Source: Eledone cirrhosa
Lineage: Eukaryota
Reading direction: 5' to 3'
NCBI GenBank assembly: GCA_964016885.1
Contig: OZ024744.1
Span: forward strand, 44,888,001-44,952,000
Length of the DNA: 64,000 nt
Shown here: one piece after another, positions 63,575-64,000 of the stretch
How positions within the stretch are numbered: position 1 is the first letter of the stretch
How the letters are laid out: each line of letters begins with the position of its first letter
Program-made: the position numbers and the translations under genes
Notes under the pieces: model-generated
What the model was told of the DNA's origin: nothing
Seen by the model: only the letters and a program-made list of their open reading frames with translations
The model's database searches: none

Positions 63575-64000
63575 GGTAATATCCGTAGGTAATATCCGAA
63601 GGTAATATCCGTGGTGGTGGAGCACTCTGTCCATGGGACGAGTTAGGTAGAAGTGGTTAGTTCACCATACCGCGAACAATTGTTTCACCTTACCGGATCC
63701 TCAGCTCGTAATGGACATGGTTATACGGAACAGGAAGGACAACCGTACAAACGCGCAGGCGCAGAAACCGTCACTTCCCACAGGCAATACTAAAAAGCGT
63801 GCGAGAGGTGTAAGGGAGATAACTGCGAAAGTCCGAAAAGTTTCTAGTTGATAAGAAAATTAGGATCTTTTTGTGATTCAACCCGGAGCTTTGTAGTTAT
63901 GTAACAGGTGTTTCGAGACGTGTGGACAACGTGTGAAGAATTCATTTCTCGTGTTTAGGCAATCACTATTGCATAATCTCTTTAGAATATTTATTCGTTC

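Overview
Eukaryotic, AT-rich, repeat-saturated DNA, probably an invertebrate (mollusc/cephalopod-like SINE and microsatellite landscape; this is inference). Bases ~840-34350 are an almost gap-free chain of retroelements joined at (TTA)n/(TAA)n tracts: four near-full-length Tx1-like (L1-clade) LINEs on the + strand, three R4/Dong-type RLE LINEs on the - strand, and copies of one tRNA-derived SINE. A Buster-type hAT transposon sits in the 5' UTR of Tx1 copy 4. The right half holds minisatellites, a Chapaev3-type DNA transposon, CRE-like fragments, a fifth decayed SINE-SINE-Tx1 unit and a non-autonomous Helitron inside an intron of a probable PAN/apple-domain host gene. It also holds a Neptune-type Penelope element and two long palindromes, each carrying a minimal hammerhead ribozyme motif on both arms. 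The main signals are a self-renewing (TTA)n target shared by three element classes with fixed strand polarity, SINE 3' ends matching the Tx1 3' ends, 5'UTR/ORF1 module swapping among Tx1 copies, a conserved 5' UTR hairpin, and the hammerhead palindromes. All alignments were done by eye; boundaries without a TSD or TIR are approximate.
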